Source: a virus (Duplodnaviria > Caudoviricetes). Taken from it: DNA of 61,203 nucleotides. The notes under the pieces are model-generated. The model searched no databases, was not told the origin of the DNA, and saw only the letters and a program-made list of their open reading frames with translations. Position numbers and translations under genes: made by a program. The first letter of the stretch is position 1. Every line of letters starts with the position of its first letter. Below are positions 26,550-35,913 of the stretch, in pieces. The stretch spans positions 1 through 61,203 of IMG/VR virus record IMGVR_UViG_3300042564_004703; one strand, given 5' to 3'.

Positions 26550-26632
26550 ATATAACACGGGTTTGGCAAAATGGCTTTCCGACACACAAGCCAACGCTAA
26601 AAGCCACTTCGCCAAGCCCGATAACGTTAGTG
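26550..26632 (+). repeat. attC-like site I (short)
   Basis: ATATAAC-ACGGGTTTGGCAAAATGGCTTT...AAAGCCACTTCGCCAAGCCCGATAAC-GTTAGTG. Confidence 0.85.
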
Positions 26633-26638
26633 GCAATT

Positions 26639-26938
26639 TTACTCAACACTCCGAAAGACATCAGCATTGAAATATTTAGCCAAGTTTTCAACCTCTTGCT
26701 TAAATTCGTTTTCATCACGCATTGTCTTTGATAACATTACTTCAAACACTCCATCTACTTTTCTTCCAAAGCAATAAGCAAGAGCATCTTTGTCATAGGT
26801 ATCAACTCCCATTACATATTCAGGCTGTTTGATAGTAGCTTTCTCCAACAATGCTTTGTCGAATAAAAAACTGCCACTAACAGCACCTAAACAAGATGGC
26901 TGGCTTTGTGATTCTAATGAAGTTTTTTCTGTACTCAT
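26639..26938 (-). CDS. Hypothetical protein whose N-terminus is read through an attC remnant (cassette cC)
   Basis: SQPSCLGAVSGS is the antisense translation of CTGCCACTAACAGCACCTAAACAAGATGGCTGGCT. Confidence 0.65.
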   Translation of the reverse strand: MSTEKTSLESQSQPSCLGAVSGSFLFDKALLEKATIKQPEYVMGVDTYDKDALAYCFGRKVDGVFEVMLSKTMRDENEFKQEVENLAKYFNADVFRSVE

Positions 26939-26953
26939 AATTTGTTTATTTAT

Positions 26954-27202
26954 TTATATTTCGTTTTTTAATATATCGGACAAAGTTTTAAAAATAAAAA
27001 CTAAACCTTCTCTTTCTATTGAGCCTTTTATTTTAAAAGATGTTTCAATGTTTTCAATTGAGTCTGACTTTATATACACTTCTGTTATTGTTGAATTGCC
27101 TTCGTATTCCCCAAGCCTTACTCCAAAAACTATTTCTTCTGGTGAATTTATAAATCTCTCTATAGTTTTTAACTTTTCCATTTTTAATATTTTAGACTGC
27201 AA
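26954..27202 (-). CDS. Hypothetical protein (likely start MEKLKT)
   Basis: ORF after promoter TTGCA...TATATTTG. Confidence 0.6.
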   Translation of the reverse strand: MQSKILKMEKLKTIERFINSPEEIVFGVRLGEYEGNSTITEVYIKSDSIENIETSFKIKGSIEREGLVFIFKTLSDILKNEI

Positions 27203-27217
27203 ATATACAAAAAATAA

Positions 27218-28405
27218 TTATATTTTGCAAGTTTTATTCAACATTTCTATTTCTTTTTTATAATCTTTATAATATTTTTCAATTGTTTTTTTTGAAATAT
27301 TATGATTTTTATAAATACTTTGCTGTGTTATTTTTCCTAATTTAACAAAATCCCAACAATCTAAAATATTTTGTATCTTCTCTCGTGACGCTTTTTCTTT
27401 AGATTCGGAAGACACTTCTCTACAAACTGCTAATTTTTCGTTTTTACTTAATCCGCAGTATTTACCGAATAAAGCTTTTCTTTTTATAACCCCAGTAGGT
27501 CTTAAAGTACCTTCTTTTTTGTATTTTAAAACAGAGCTAATAATCCTTTGTAATTGTGGCTCGTCAACAGGGTTTGTAAAATTATTAAAGTTTACTGCTG
27601 TCATAATAGCGTGCAATCTATCTTCGTATATATTTGGGTTTAACCAAACTAAATTTGTACAATATGCTAATAATATATTATTTCTATTTTTTGATACTTT
27701 TTTGTAAAGTAGTTTTGCTTGTATAAAATCAAAGCCTTCTATATTCTTTATAACAGACTCTTCATTTTCTAAATAGTCTGCTCGGTTATCAAATCTTACA
27801 TTGTTTCCATTTTCCCCCCACTGTGTGCTATATGCTTTCTTTTTTTTATTTATTTCACAAAGGGGGGAAAGATTAATACTTTTAAATATTTTAGATTTAG
27901 TATTAAGGTAAAGATTCTCATCATAAGAAAGTACATTGAATTGTGTAGTTTTTTTAGCTCCTAAATCAACATAATTAGATATTTCTAATTTAGAACATAC
28001 GTACGCATAGGTTTCGTTAAAATTATCTTCTGTTAATCCGTCTACACGTATAACAATAGAATAACCTTTACCACCAAATGATTTATAGTATGCAAAAATA
28101 TCTGATTTATTTACATTTTCTATTTTAAAATCTGGTGCATCAATATCAATATATAGTAACCCAGTAGGTGCAACTATGTTTGACTTATTTTTATAACCGT
28201 TAAAATTAAAGTTGTAAACAACACAAGGAAGTTGTTCTGTTTTTGTTGTATCATAATCTAATTCTCCATTTCTAGCTTTTAATATTAAATCTGAATACTC
28301 TCCGTTTTTAATATAGTCAAACCAGTCATAAACAGAAATTTGTTTTATAACGTTACAATTCTTTGTGCAATAAAAGTAATCTAATATATAATTATCTTTT
28401 TCCAT
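27218..28405 (-). CDS. BT4734-like/VirE-N primase-polymerase-domain protein
   Basis: LPCV...PTGLLYIDID...SFGGKG...D...LSYDENLY typical of this AEP-related family. Confidence 0.75.
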   Translation of the reverse strand: MEKDNYILDYFYCTKNCNVIKQISVYDWFDYIKNGEYSDLILKARNGELDYDTTKTEQLPCVVYNFNFNGYKNKSNIVAPTGLLYIDIDAPDFKIENVNKSDIFAYYKSFGGKGYSIVIRVDGLTEDNFNETYAYVCSKLEISNYVDLGAKKTTQFNVLSYDENLYLNTKSKIFKSINLSPLCEINKKKKAYSTQWGENGNNVRFDNRADYLENEESVIKNIEGFDFIQAKLLYKKVSKNRNNILLAYCTNLVWLNPNIYEDRLHAIMTAVNFNNFTNPVDEPQLQRIISSVLKYKKEGTLRPTGVIKRKALFGKYCGLSKNEKLAVCREVSSESKEKASREKIQNILDCWDFVKLGKITQQSIYKNHNISKKTIEKYYKDYKKEIEMLNKTCKI

Positions 28406-28891
28406 TTTATAAAATGCGAAACCCCCAGTAACAAAAAATGAACCTAATTGTTAGAGCGGGTTCATCATTGCTAAAGAGGGTTTACTTCTTTATATTATTT
28501 TTAGTTTGTTTAGTATGCTCTAACCTATACTATAAACTCCGATATGTAAAATTAAATCTAACTCTGTAAGTTAGAAGCGTATCTTTAGGTAATACGTTTG
28601 TGAAAATTAATTTCAACCAAGTCCTTTACTATTTTAGTAATGACTAATTTCCGCTGATAAAAAATAAAGCCGTTAAAAAGATACTCGGATAAACATATCA
28701 ACAGCTTTATAGTAAAGAAGTTCCGATAATTATTTTTAAAAGTAACGACACAATAGAATACCTCTCTGTCCAAACGTCCAAAACGTTTTACTTATTAATT
28801 TTTAAACTTCTGTTCCGCCACCTAAAGCAGAAAAAGCAATCATATCATTTTTCATACCGCAAATATATAACATTATTTTCATGTATGCAAG

Positions 28892-28933
28892 CAAAAGTAG
28901 TAAAAAGTTTTAAAATAAGCAAAATCCTTATAA
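28892..28933 (-). promoter_or_regulatory. TTATAAGGA-type promoter (leftward), tandem with a second promoter at about 28860-28890
   Basis: Minus strand TTATAAGGATTTTG...TACTTTTG, 34-bp spacing. Confidence 0.6.
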
Positions 28934-28943
28934 AATTACTTTA

Positions 28944-28976
28944 AAAAAGCCTCTCCGAAGAAAGGCTCAATTTTTC
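28944..28976. terminator. Hairpin terminator
   Basis: AAAAAAGCCT-CTCCGAAGAA-AGGCT; T-run on the minus strand. Confidence 0.55.
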
Positions 28977-28983
28977 TAAACAA

Positions 28984-29256
28984 TCAACTATTAAAATCTA
29001 CAAACTCTCCATTATCATAAAGACTTGGCTTATAATCAAACAAGTCTTTGAAAAAAACTTTTATAACCTCAGCATAAACAATTTCGTTTACATTTTTAGT
29101 TTCATATTTTCTAAACATGGAATAAGTTAGGTGTCTGATAAACTCCTGATTTTCTTCTCTATATTTATAAGAGACATCTGACTGAGAAATATAATCTCGC
29201 CAAATAAAATTGTAAAAATCTTCGTATTCTAGCATGTTATGGTTTTTAAAATGCAA
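28984..29256 (-). CDS. Hypothetical protein (likely start MLEYEDF)
   Basis: First leftward gene from the divergent promoter region. Confidence 0.65.
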   Translation of the reverse strand: MHFKNHNMLEYEDFYNFIWRDYISQSDVSYKYREENQEFIRHLTYSMFRKYETKNVNEIVYAEVIKVFFKDLFDYKPSLYDNGEFVDFNS

Positions 29257-29360
29257 ACATACAACAAATTTTTGAATTGTGCAAATAAATGATAAAAATA
29301 CTTATTTTGTTAAATGAATGTTAAAGTATTTGCATATAAGAAAATAATTACTTATCTTTG
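29252..29360. promoter_or_regulatory. Divergent promoter pair at the strand switch
   Basis: Minus TTGCA...TATGTTTG; plus TTGCA...TATCTTTG (29353-29360). Confidence 0.7.
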
Positions 29361-29377
29361 CCCTTTGATTAAAGTAT

Positions 29378-29770
29378 ATGCACGCAAGAGTTAAAGATAA
29401 AAACATATTTTTTGATATAATAAAACCAAAAAATCAAATAGATTTCATAGAATCTATCTTGAAGGTATATTCTGCATTAAACTTTGACGAGAAAAGTAAT
29501 TTACCAAAAGCGGAGAGAACAATCTTAGCTTATTATGTACTTCACGGTTTGACAGAGGAAACTCTAAAAAATGTTCTTATAGATTTTCCAAAGTATGCAA
29601 AAGGAGAATATTTACACCAAATGAATAAGAATTTAAGAGATAAGGGTTATTTAGTAAGAGAAGTGAACAACTTTAAAAAATTTCACTTAAATGGAGATTT
29701 GCAACATATAAGAGAAAAATTTATAGAAGATAAATGTAAACATTATTTAATTAAGTTTGAAACAGATTAG
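29378..29770 (+). CDS. Hypothetical protein, possible winged-helix DNA binder
   Basis: 130 aa; NLRDKGYLV helix-wing-like segment. Confidence 0.6.
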   Translation: MHARVKDKNIFFDIIKPKNQIDFIESILKVYSALNFDEKSNLPKAERTILAYYVLHGLTEETLKNVLIDFPKYAKGEYLHQMNKNLRDKGYLVREVNNFKKFHLNGDLQHIREKFIEDKCKHYLIKFETD

Positions 29771-30188
29771 TTTTATAGATGATATTTTTGAAGAAATAGG
29801 GGCTGACAAAGAACAGCAAATGGCAATAAAGTTTTGGTTAGATTATGTCGCAAAAGAAACAAAAGAAAATGAAGTATTTGCCATAGACATTCCAAAGATA
29901 GGAGTTTTACATAGAAACAGAACTTTAACTCAAAACTCTAAAAAGTATCTAAACAGAGACAGCGAAGAGTACGCAGAGATAATGAAGATGCTTTTAGAGA
30001 TGCAATATTTCAAAGAACAGAAAAATGAAAAAACCCCACATTGTAAAACACCATACACATACATAACAAGTAGTTATTTAAAGAAAAAATATGAATTACC
30101 ACAAATAAATAATTCAGATAAACAAGTAAAAGAAGTATATTCAGCAATAGAAAAAGAACAACAAAAACAGTATGAGCGAGGCTTTTAA
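29757..30188 (+). CDS. Hypothetical protein, possible HU/IHF-like fold
   Basis: IDIPKIGVL resembles the HU beta strand motif. Confidence 0.45.
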   Translation: MKQISFIDDIFEEIGADKEQQMAIKFWLDYVAKETKENEVFAIDIPKIGVLHRNRTLTQNSKKYLNRDSEEYAEIMKMLLEMQYFKEQKNEKTPHCKTPYTYITSSYLKKKYELPQINNSDKQVKEVYSAIEKEQQKQYERGF

Positions 30189-31761
30189 ACACCAAGTATT
30201 AAGTAGAGAAGAAACACAAGAAAAAATTAAACAAGGAATTGATTTAGTAGTAAATCCTGTAAAGGTAACTTTAGGAAGAGGAGGAATGAATGTATTGTTA
30301 ATTCGAGATAACTTACTTCCTGTAATTACAAAGGACGGAGTTTCAGTAGCTAGAAACATACAACATGAAGACCCATTTGTGAACGCAGGAGCTATGTTAG
30401 TTAAGGAAGTATCTGCAAGAACAGAAGAATTATGTGGAGACGGTAGTTCAACTTCTAGTGTATTAGCTCAAGCAATATTTAATGAGGTTCAAAAGCACAA
30501 AAATATAAATCCAATTCAACTAAAAAAAGATTTAGAAAAAGTAACAGAAGAAGTTGTTGGACACCTAAAAAAATTAAGTCAAAAACCTAAGTCAAAAGTA
30601 AGACTTAAAGAAATTGCAGATATTTCCGCTAATGGAGATAAAGAAGTAGCTGATTTAGTTTATAAAGCTATTCAAAAAGTAGGAGAGACAGGAGTAATTA
30701 AAGTTGAAGAATCAGAAGATGTAGATTCAAGAGTAGAAGTTGTAGATGGTTATCAATTAGACACTCCATTCTATAATGCAGGTTTTATCACAAATCACGA
30801 TAAAATGACAGCAGAATTCTCCAATATGAATGTACTTTTATATGAAGGATTTTTAGAAACCTTTGACGATTTAGTCCCAACAATAAACGCAATAACAGAT
30901 TTTACAGACCCTGAAAACCCAAGAGTAGGTGGTTTATTAATTTTGTGCGACACAATCGACCCAAACACAGAAAACCAAATACTAAACTTTAAATCATTAG
31001 GACATAACTTTATGATTTTAAAAACTCCTTTATTTGGAATTCAAAGAACAGAGCTTTACCAGGATATTGCAACTTTAATCGGAGCACAAGTCTACTGCAA
31101 AGAAAAAGGAAAACCACTTACAGAAGTTAAATTAGAAGGATTAGGAAAAGTTAAGAAAGTTGTTTCTGACGTAAATAAGACACTATTAATAGGCACAGAA
31201 GGAAATACATCAGAAAGAATAAATACCATCAAAGAACAGCTTAAAAACTACCAAGGCGCGTCAAAAGAAAAACAAACAATAAAAGACAGACTTGGAAAAT
31301 TAGAAGGTGGTGTTGCAATGATTTATGTTGGTGGTGGCTCAAAATCCGACAAAAGAGAAAAAACAGATAGAGTAGATGACGCACTAAAAGCAGTTAAGTC
31401 TTGTATTGAAGAAGGATATGTAGCAGGAGCAGGAGTAACTTATTTAACTATTTCTAATATGTTGCAAGGAACTAATGAAGCCACACAAGTAATGAAAGAG
31501 GTATTAAAAGCACCTTTCTTACAAGTATATGAAAACGCAGGGATAAACGGAGAAGATTATTTAGATTATGTTTTAACTTCAGAATACGGCTCAGGAATTG
31601 ATATTGATAATGGAGAAAAAGTCAATCTTTTTGACATTGGAGTAATTGACCCAACAAAAGTAAGCAGATTAGCTTTAGAAAACGCAGTATCTGTTGTAAG
31701 TTTATTTACTTCTTTAGGAGCTTCAAGTTTTAATTCAGAACCTTTAATGCAAATGAGCTAA
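30172..31761 (+). CDS. groEL: Chaperonin GroEL
   Basis: VTLG..G.NV, ITKDGVSVA, GDGSST, ISANGD, GGVA, EEGYVAGAG, IDPTKV. Confidence 0.95.
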   Translation: MSEAFKHQVLSREETQEKIKQGIDLVVNPVKVTLGRGGMNVLLIRDNLLPVITKDGVSVARNIQHEDPFVNAGAMLVKEVSARTEELCGDGSSTSSVLAQAIFNEVQKHKNINPIQLKKDLEKVTEEVVGHLKKLSQKPKSKVRLKEIADISANGDKEVADLVYKAIQKVGETGVIKVEESEDVDSRVEVVDGYQLDTPFYNAGFITNHDKMTAEFSNMNVLLYEGFLETFDDLVPTINAITDFTDPENPRVGGLLILCDTIDPNTENQILNFKSLGHNFMILKTPLFGIQRTELYQDIATLIGAQVYCKEKGKPLTEVKLEGLGKVKKVVSDVNKTLLIGTEGNTSERINTIKEQLKNYQGASKEKQTIKDRLGKLEGGVAMIYVGGGSKSDKREKTDRVDDALKAVKSCIEEGYVAGAGVTYLTISNMLQGTNEATQVMKEVLKAPFLQVYENAGINGEDYLDYVLTSEYGSGIDIDNGEKVNLFDIGVIDPTKVSRLALENAVSVVSLFTSLGASSFNSEPLMQMS

Positions 31762-32147
31762 TGAATATAAACAATATTAAAGTAGTTGACGCAGAAATAA
31801 TAAAAGTAAAAAAACCTCATTGGGTTTGGTTAGCTATAAAAAGTAGATTTTTAAAAGGAAGAGAACCTTGGGTAAAAGAGAGAATAGAAAAATGTGCTAA
31901 TTGTGTTTACAACTCAAAGAACTTTAAAGAGAAGAAAACACTGAAACAAAAAACTCTAAAATTCTTCTCAGATTTACTATCCTTAGTAACTTTATCATTT
32001 CATAAGGATTTAGGACAATGTTTAAGTCCCACATGTGGTTGTAGTGTGCACGAAAAATCAAAAATAAAGGAGGAAGATTGTCCTGAAAATTATTGGAGAA
32101 GTATTTATGTACCAAACTCAAGTCAAACTAAAAACGGAATAAAATGA
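31761..32147 (+). CDS. Cys-rich Zn-finger protein
   Basis: R..CxxC...C...CGC...K.....CP...W. Confidence 0.65.
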   Translation: MNINNIKVVDAEIIKVKKPHWVWLAIKSRFLKGREPWVKERIEKCANCVYNSKNFKEKKTLKQKTLKFFSDLLSLVTLSFHKDLGQCLSPTCGCSVHEKSKIKEEDCPENYWRSIYVPNSSQTKNGIK

Positions 32148-32386
32148 ATGTAGAACTAGGAACAGTAAAAAAAGGAAGTAGTATATCAAAAGAATTTACA
32201 CTTCCAAAAATAATTAAGCAAAGTAAAGCGGGGTGCATGAGTTGCACTAAAACAAAATTTAATGAAAATAATTTAACAATCGCTTATAAAGCGGTTGATT
32301 CAAAAGGGACTTGGAATAAATCAGTGACAGTAACCTTTGAAGATGATACAACAGAAAAAATAATATTCACAGTAAAAGTAGTATAA
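32144..32386 (+). CDS. Small Ig-like (DUF1573-like) protein
   Basis: GCMSCT motif and beta-strand pattern. Confidence 0.5.
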   Translation: MNVELGTVKKGSSISKEFTLPKIIKQSKAGCMSCTKTKFNENNLTIAYKAVDSKGTWNKSVTVTFEDDTTEKIIFTVKVV

Positions 32387-32387
32387 A

Positions 32388-32624
32388 TTGAGATATAGAA
32401 ACGAAGCTCTAAGAGCAATGCAGTTAATGCCAAGTAATTATAATTTAGGAGATGTTTTGTTTGCAGTTTTTCAAACAGAAGCAGTACAGAATGGAATTTC
32501 ATTAGACTTTCTAAGAAGAATGGATGATGAAGATGTTTATACGAGAGTAGAACAAGCACTAAAAATTGAAACGGCGGAAAAAGAACTAACAGAAGAAGAA
32601 AAACAAGAATGGATAACCAAATAA
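32388..32624 (+). CDS. Hypothetical protein
   Basis: 78 aa, TTG start, operon-packed. Confidence 0.65.
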   Translation: MRYRNEALRAMQLMPSNYNLGDVLFAVFQTEAVQNGISLDFLRRMDDEDVYTRVEQALKIETAEKELTEEEKQEWITK

Positions 32625-33118
32625 ACAAACTATACGACATTATTGTACAAAAGTATGATGATTATACTAACTACAATAAAATCGTAGAAAAAGAAAAAGA
32701 ACAGATAAAAGAAAAAGATAAACTTCTTGCTTCTCAATTCTTTAAAGATAACGAAGAAACAGATAAAGGAAAAGAAGTAATAACAGACAAACTAAAACAA
32801 CTATTTGTAGAAAAAGTTATCTTTTTAGATGTTTATGCAAAAGATGCTCAACTATTATTTTACAATCTATATAGTTTAGTTGAAACTTATATTCAGTTAG
32901 ACAACGCACCAATCCTACCAAAGAAAATTACAGAAGCATGTGAAGAATATGCACATGTAGTACCAAAAACCCAAATGGTCGCCGAAAAAGAAAAACTGCA
33001 AGAAAGAGTAAAAGGCACAATAGACGGTTATGTAAAAGCAACCTTAGAGAATGGAGCTTATGATTATTACATAGAAAAAATGGTTGAACAAATGAAACAA
33101 CAAAACCCTCAAGATTAA
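32609..33118 (+). CDS. Hypothetical helical protein (terminase small subunit position)
   Basis: 169 aa directly upstream of TerL. Confidence 0.55.
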   Translation: MDNQINKLYDIIVQKYDDYTNYNKIVEKEKEQIKEKDKLLASQFFKDNEETDKGKEVITDKLKQLFVEKVIFLDVYAKDAQLLFYNLYSLVETYIQLDNAPILPKKITEACEEYAHVVPKTQMVAEKEKLQERVKGTIDGYVKATLENGAYDYYIEKMVEQMKQQNPQD

Positions 33119-33119
33119 T

Positions 33120-35840
33120 ATGTCACATTATGTAGATACATTCATAAAAGACCACAGAGAATACTTTACAAGGAATAAGTCTATAATAGAAAACAATAAT
33201 TGGAACGATACAGAACAATATAATAGTAAAATAAACTCTTTTACAGAACAACTTTATCAAATACAAGAAAGCAAGGACAAAGATAAGGAAAAAAAGATAA
33301 AAGAAATAGAGTCTAATATTAAAAAGTATTTAGAAACATCTTCCAAAAATAAACGGGCATTATTCAAACAAGAAAATAAGCTTACTAACTCAATTGTTGG
33401 TAGGCTTTCTGAGTTTATATTAGAGACTCAAAAAAGTGGCGATAGAAAACAAGAAAAAGAGAAAGTACAAAAATTTATAGATTTTACAGTTGATATAATA
33501 CAAATACATTTAAAAAAGTGTACAGAGTACCTTAGATATGGTTCTGATATTATAAATAAAGAAGCTATAACAGAAGATGAGATAGAATACAATGACCAGG
33601 AAATAGATTTTCAAGATGATATTTTTCTAAAAAAAGTAGATATACAAAATACTTTAAACAGTTTAAACATTGCAGGAGAAGTAGATAATACCAAAATAGA
33701 GTTTTTCAAAGACCAAAAAGCTACTATTCCTATGATGACTGTACTTCCTTTATTTAATGACGACATTAAAGAACTTACGGAAAAACTAGGATTATCTGAT
33801 GAAATATATGATAAAGAGTTTTTAATACATAAAGACCCAAAAGATATACCTAAATGGGAAGATAAAAAGCATTATTGGGAACAAAAACCTGAGACTATAA
33901 AATTTTGGTATAATGAATGGATGAAAATTACAAACGGTTTTGAAGTAGATGGATACTTCTTTCATCCTTGGTTATACTATCATTTAAATTACTTTAAAAC
34001 ACCTATCCCTCAAGCAGATGGTAAAGAATCTGTAGTTACTCCAATGTTTAGAGATAATGAACACTATATTGCAGAGTTATTAAAAAAAGCCGAAGAAAAA
34101 AAGAACAGAGGTGTATTACTGTATGGAAGTAGACGTATAGCAAAATCAACTGACATGGCATCTGTGTGTGAATGGAAAGCTTTAGTAAAAGACAATGCAT
34201 CAACAGCTATCACATCAGGTTCAGCAGGAGATTTAGCAGAATTAGCTCATAAGATAAAAACATCTATGAAGTTTAAAGTCCCTGCTTTTAAACTTCCTAT
34301 TCAAAAACAAGAGTGGGATGGAGGAACAGTAGAACTTGGTTTAAAATGGGATGCAAGTACACTGTTAGAACATTCGAGACACACTATTAAAAATTTATCT
34401 TCAGGAGCAACATCTTCTACTCAAAAGAGTGCGGGAGGTGCTCCTAGTGTATACTTAATTGAGGAAATAGGTAAATTTGCATGGGAAAAATCTTACCTTG
34501 CGGCTCAACCTTCATTTGAAACGGAATTCGGATGGAAATCAGTTGTGATAGCTGTTGGAACATCGGGCGAAGCCTCTTTATCAGGAGATGCAATGAGAGC
34601 TGTAACAAACCCTGACTCATTTAAGTTTTTAGAGATGGATTGGGATGAATTTGAAAGCTACTTACCTACAGGATATACACCTACTTGGAAGAGAAGAACT
34701 TTTGCTAATTTTGTACCTGCCCAAATGGCTTACAAAACGGGGTTTAAAAGAATAGAAAGAAAGTTTGGAGAATATCTAGGTATAAAATCAGAGTATTTAG
34801 ATAAGATAATTATATATCAAACAGATTGGGTAAATAATACAAGAGTGCTACTTGAAGATAGAGAAAGAGTAAAAAAAGACGCTTTGAAATATCAACAAGA
34901 GTGTGTACAATATCCAATGTGCCCAACCGATTGTTTTTTATCTGCAAATAAAAACCCATACCCTGCAAAAGAAGCACAGCTTAGAAAAGAATATCTACTA
35001 CAATCAGGTGAGTGGGATAGAAGAAGAATGATATATAGAGGAGATGATGGTAAACTAAAGTCAGAGTTTTTAGACATGCCTTTAGCTGAATACCCACATA
35101 AAGGTGGTACAATAGAAGCTCCGATATTAATATTTGAAGACATACCTGAAATACCACCTGTTGAAAATTTATATATTGCTAGTTTTGATGATGTTAAACA
35201 AGATGACTCAGACACAGATTCTGTAATCTGTTTTCAAATTTGGAAAATGGAAACTTTTAATGATGAGTGGGGAGGAAGACTTGTTGTATCATGGTCATGC
35301 AGACCTGAAAATAGAAAGCCAATGTATGAGAAATGGTTATTGTTGCAACAGGCATATAATGCTAGAGCTTTTCCTGAGAATGAGGATATGGGATATAAAA
35401 CTTTCCTAGAGGGTAAGCATTTAGAAGAGAAATGGTTAATATCGGCAGTAGATTTTACAAGTAATATGGGTATTAATAGTAACAATAAAAGAAAATTTGG
35501 TTGGACACCAAGGCAATCTAAAAAGGTATTATTAGGACTATCTCAAGATAAATTTGACAATGAACTTTATTTAGGAGAAGATGATAATGGAAGTGAAATA
35601 ATGGTAAAAGAAGTAAGTCTGATAAATGATATTGTATTTTTAGATGAGATAATAAATTATAATGAAGAAGCAAACGTAGATAGACTTTCAGCATCATTAG
35701 GAGCAATTGGGTGGATGCATTATTTAAGAAGTAACTTTATAACACCTAAACACGCTTCAAGTAACTTAAATCAAGAACAAAAAAAACCGCATATAAAAAG
35801 AGTTTTAGGTGGAAGTAGAAGAAGCAGATTATTAGGTTAA
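33120..35840 (+). CDS. terL: Terminase large subunit, crAss-like
   Basis: YYHLNY, RDNE, GSRRIAKS Walker A variant, YLIEEIG Walker B, GTSG, nuclease SFDD...NVDR; precedes portal. Confidence 0.88.
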   Translation: MSHYVDTFIKDHREYFTRNKSIIENNNWNDTEQYNSKINSFTEQLYQIQESKDKDKEKKIKEIESNIKKYLETSSKNKRALFKQENKLTNSIVGRLSEFILETQKSGDRKQEKEKVQKFIDFTVDIIQIHLKKCTEYLRYGSDIINKEAITEDEIEYNDQEIDFQDDIFLKKVDIQNTLNSLNIAGEVDNTKIEFFKDQKATIPMMTVLPLFNDDIKELTEKLGLSDEIYDKEFLIHKDPKDIPKWEDKKHYWEQKPETIKFWYNEWMKITNGFEVDGYFFHPWLYYHLNYFKTPIPQADGKESVVTPMFRDNEHYIAELLKKAEEKKNRGVLLYGSRRIAKSTDMASVCEWKALVKDNASTAITSGSAGDLAELAHKIKTSMKFKVPAFKLPIQKQEWDGGTVELGLKWDASTLLEHSRHTIKNLSSGATSSTQKSAGGAPSVYLIEEIGKFAWEKSYLAAQPSFETEFGWKSVVIAVGTSGEASLSGDAMRAVTNPDSFKFLEMDWDEFESYLPTGYTPTWKRRTFANFVPAQMAYKTGFKRIERKFGEYLGIKSEYLDKIIIYQTDWVNNTRVLLEDRERVKKDALKYQQECVQYPMCPTDCFLSANKNPYPAKEAQLRKEYLLQSGEWDRRRMIYRGDDGKLKSEFLDMPLAEYPHKGGTIEAPILIFEDIPEIPPVENLYIASFDDVKQDDSDTDSVICFQIWKMETFNDEWGGRLVVSWSCRPENRKPMYEKWLLLQQAYNARAFPENEDMGYKTFLEGKHLEEKWLISAVDFTSNMGINSNNKRKFGWTPRQSKKVLLGLSQDKFDNELYLGEDDNGSEIMVKEVSLINDIVFLDEIINYNEEANVDRLSASLGAIGWMHYLRSNFITPKHASSNLNQEQKKPHIKRVLGGSRRSRLLG

Positions 35841-35849
35841 ATAGTAAAA

Positions 35850-35891
35850 TTATAAGGATTTTGCAAAAATAAGGATAATAAACTAAATTTG
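35850..35891 (+). promoter_or_regulatory. Late promoter (TTATAAGGA plus TTTG/TAAATTTG)
   Basis: Repeated before late genes with fixed spacing. Confidence 0.7.
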
Positions 35892-35913
35892 CAAATTAAA
35901 TCTTTATTAATAA

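Larger units (their letters stand above)
24630..26938 (+). mobile_element. Integron-like cassette array 2 (3 cassettes; opposite orientation to array 1)
   Basis: Half-site at 24662, full sites H and I, half-site at 26875; cores complementary across each cassette. Confidence 0.8.
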
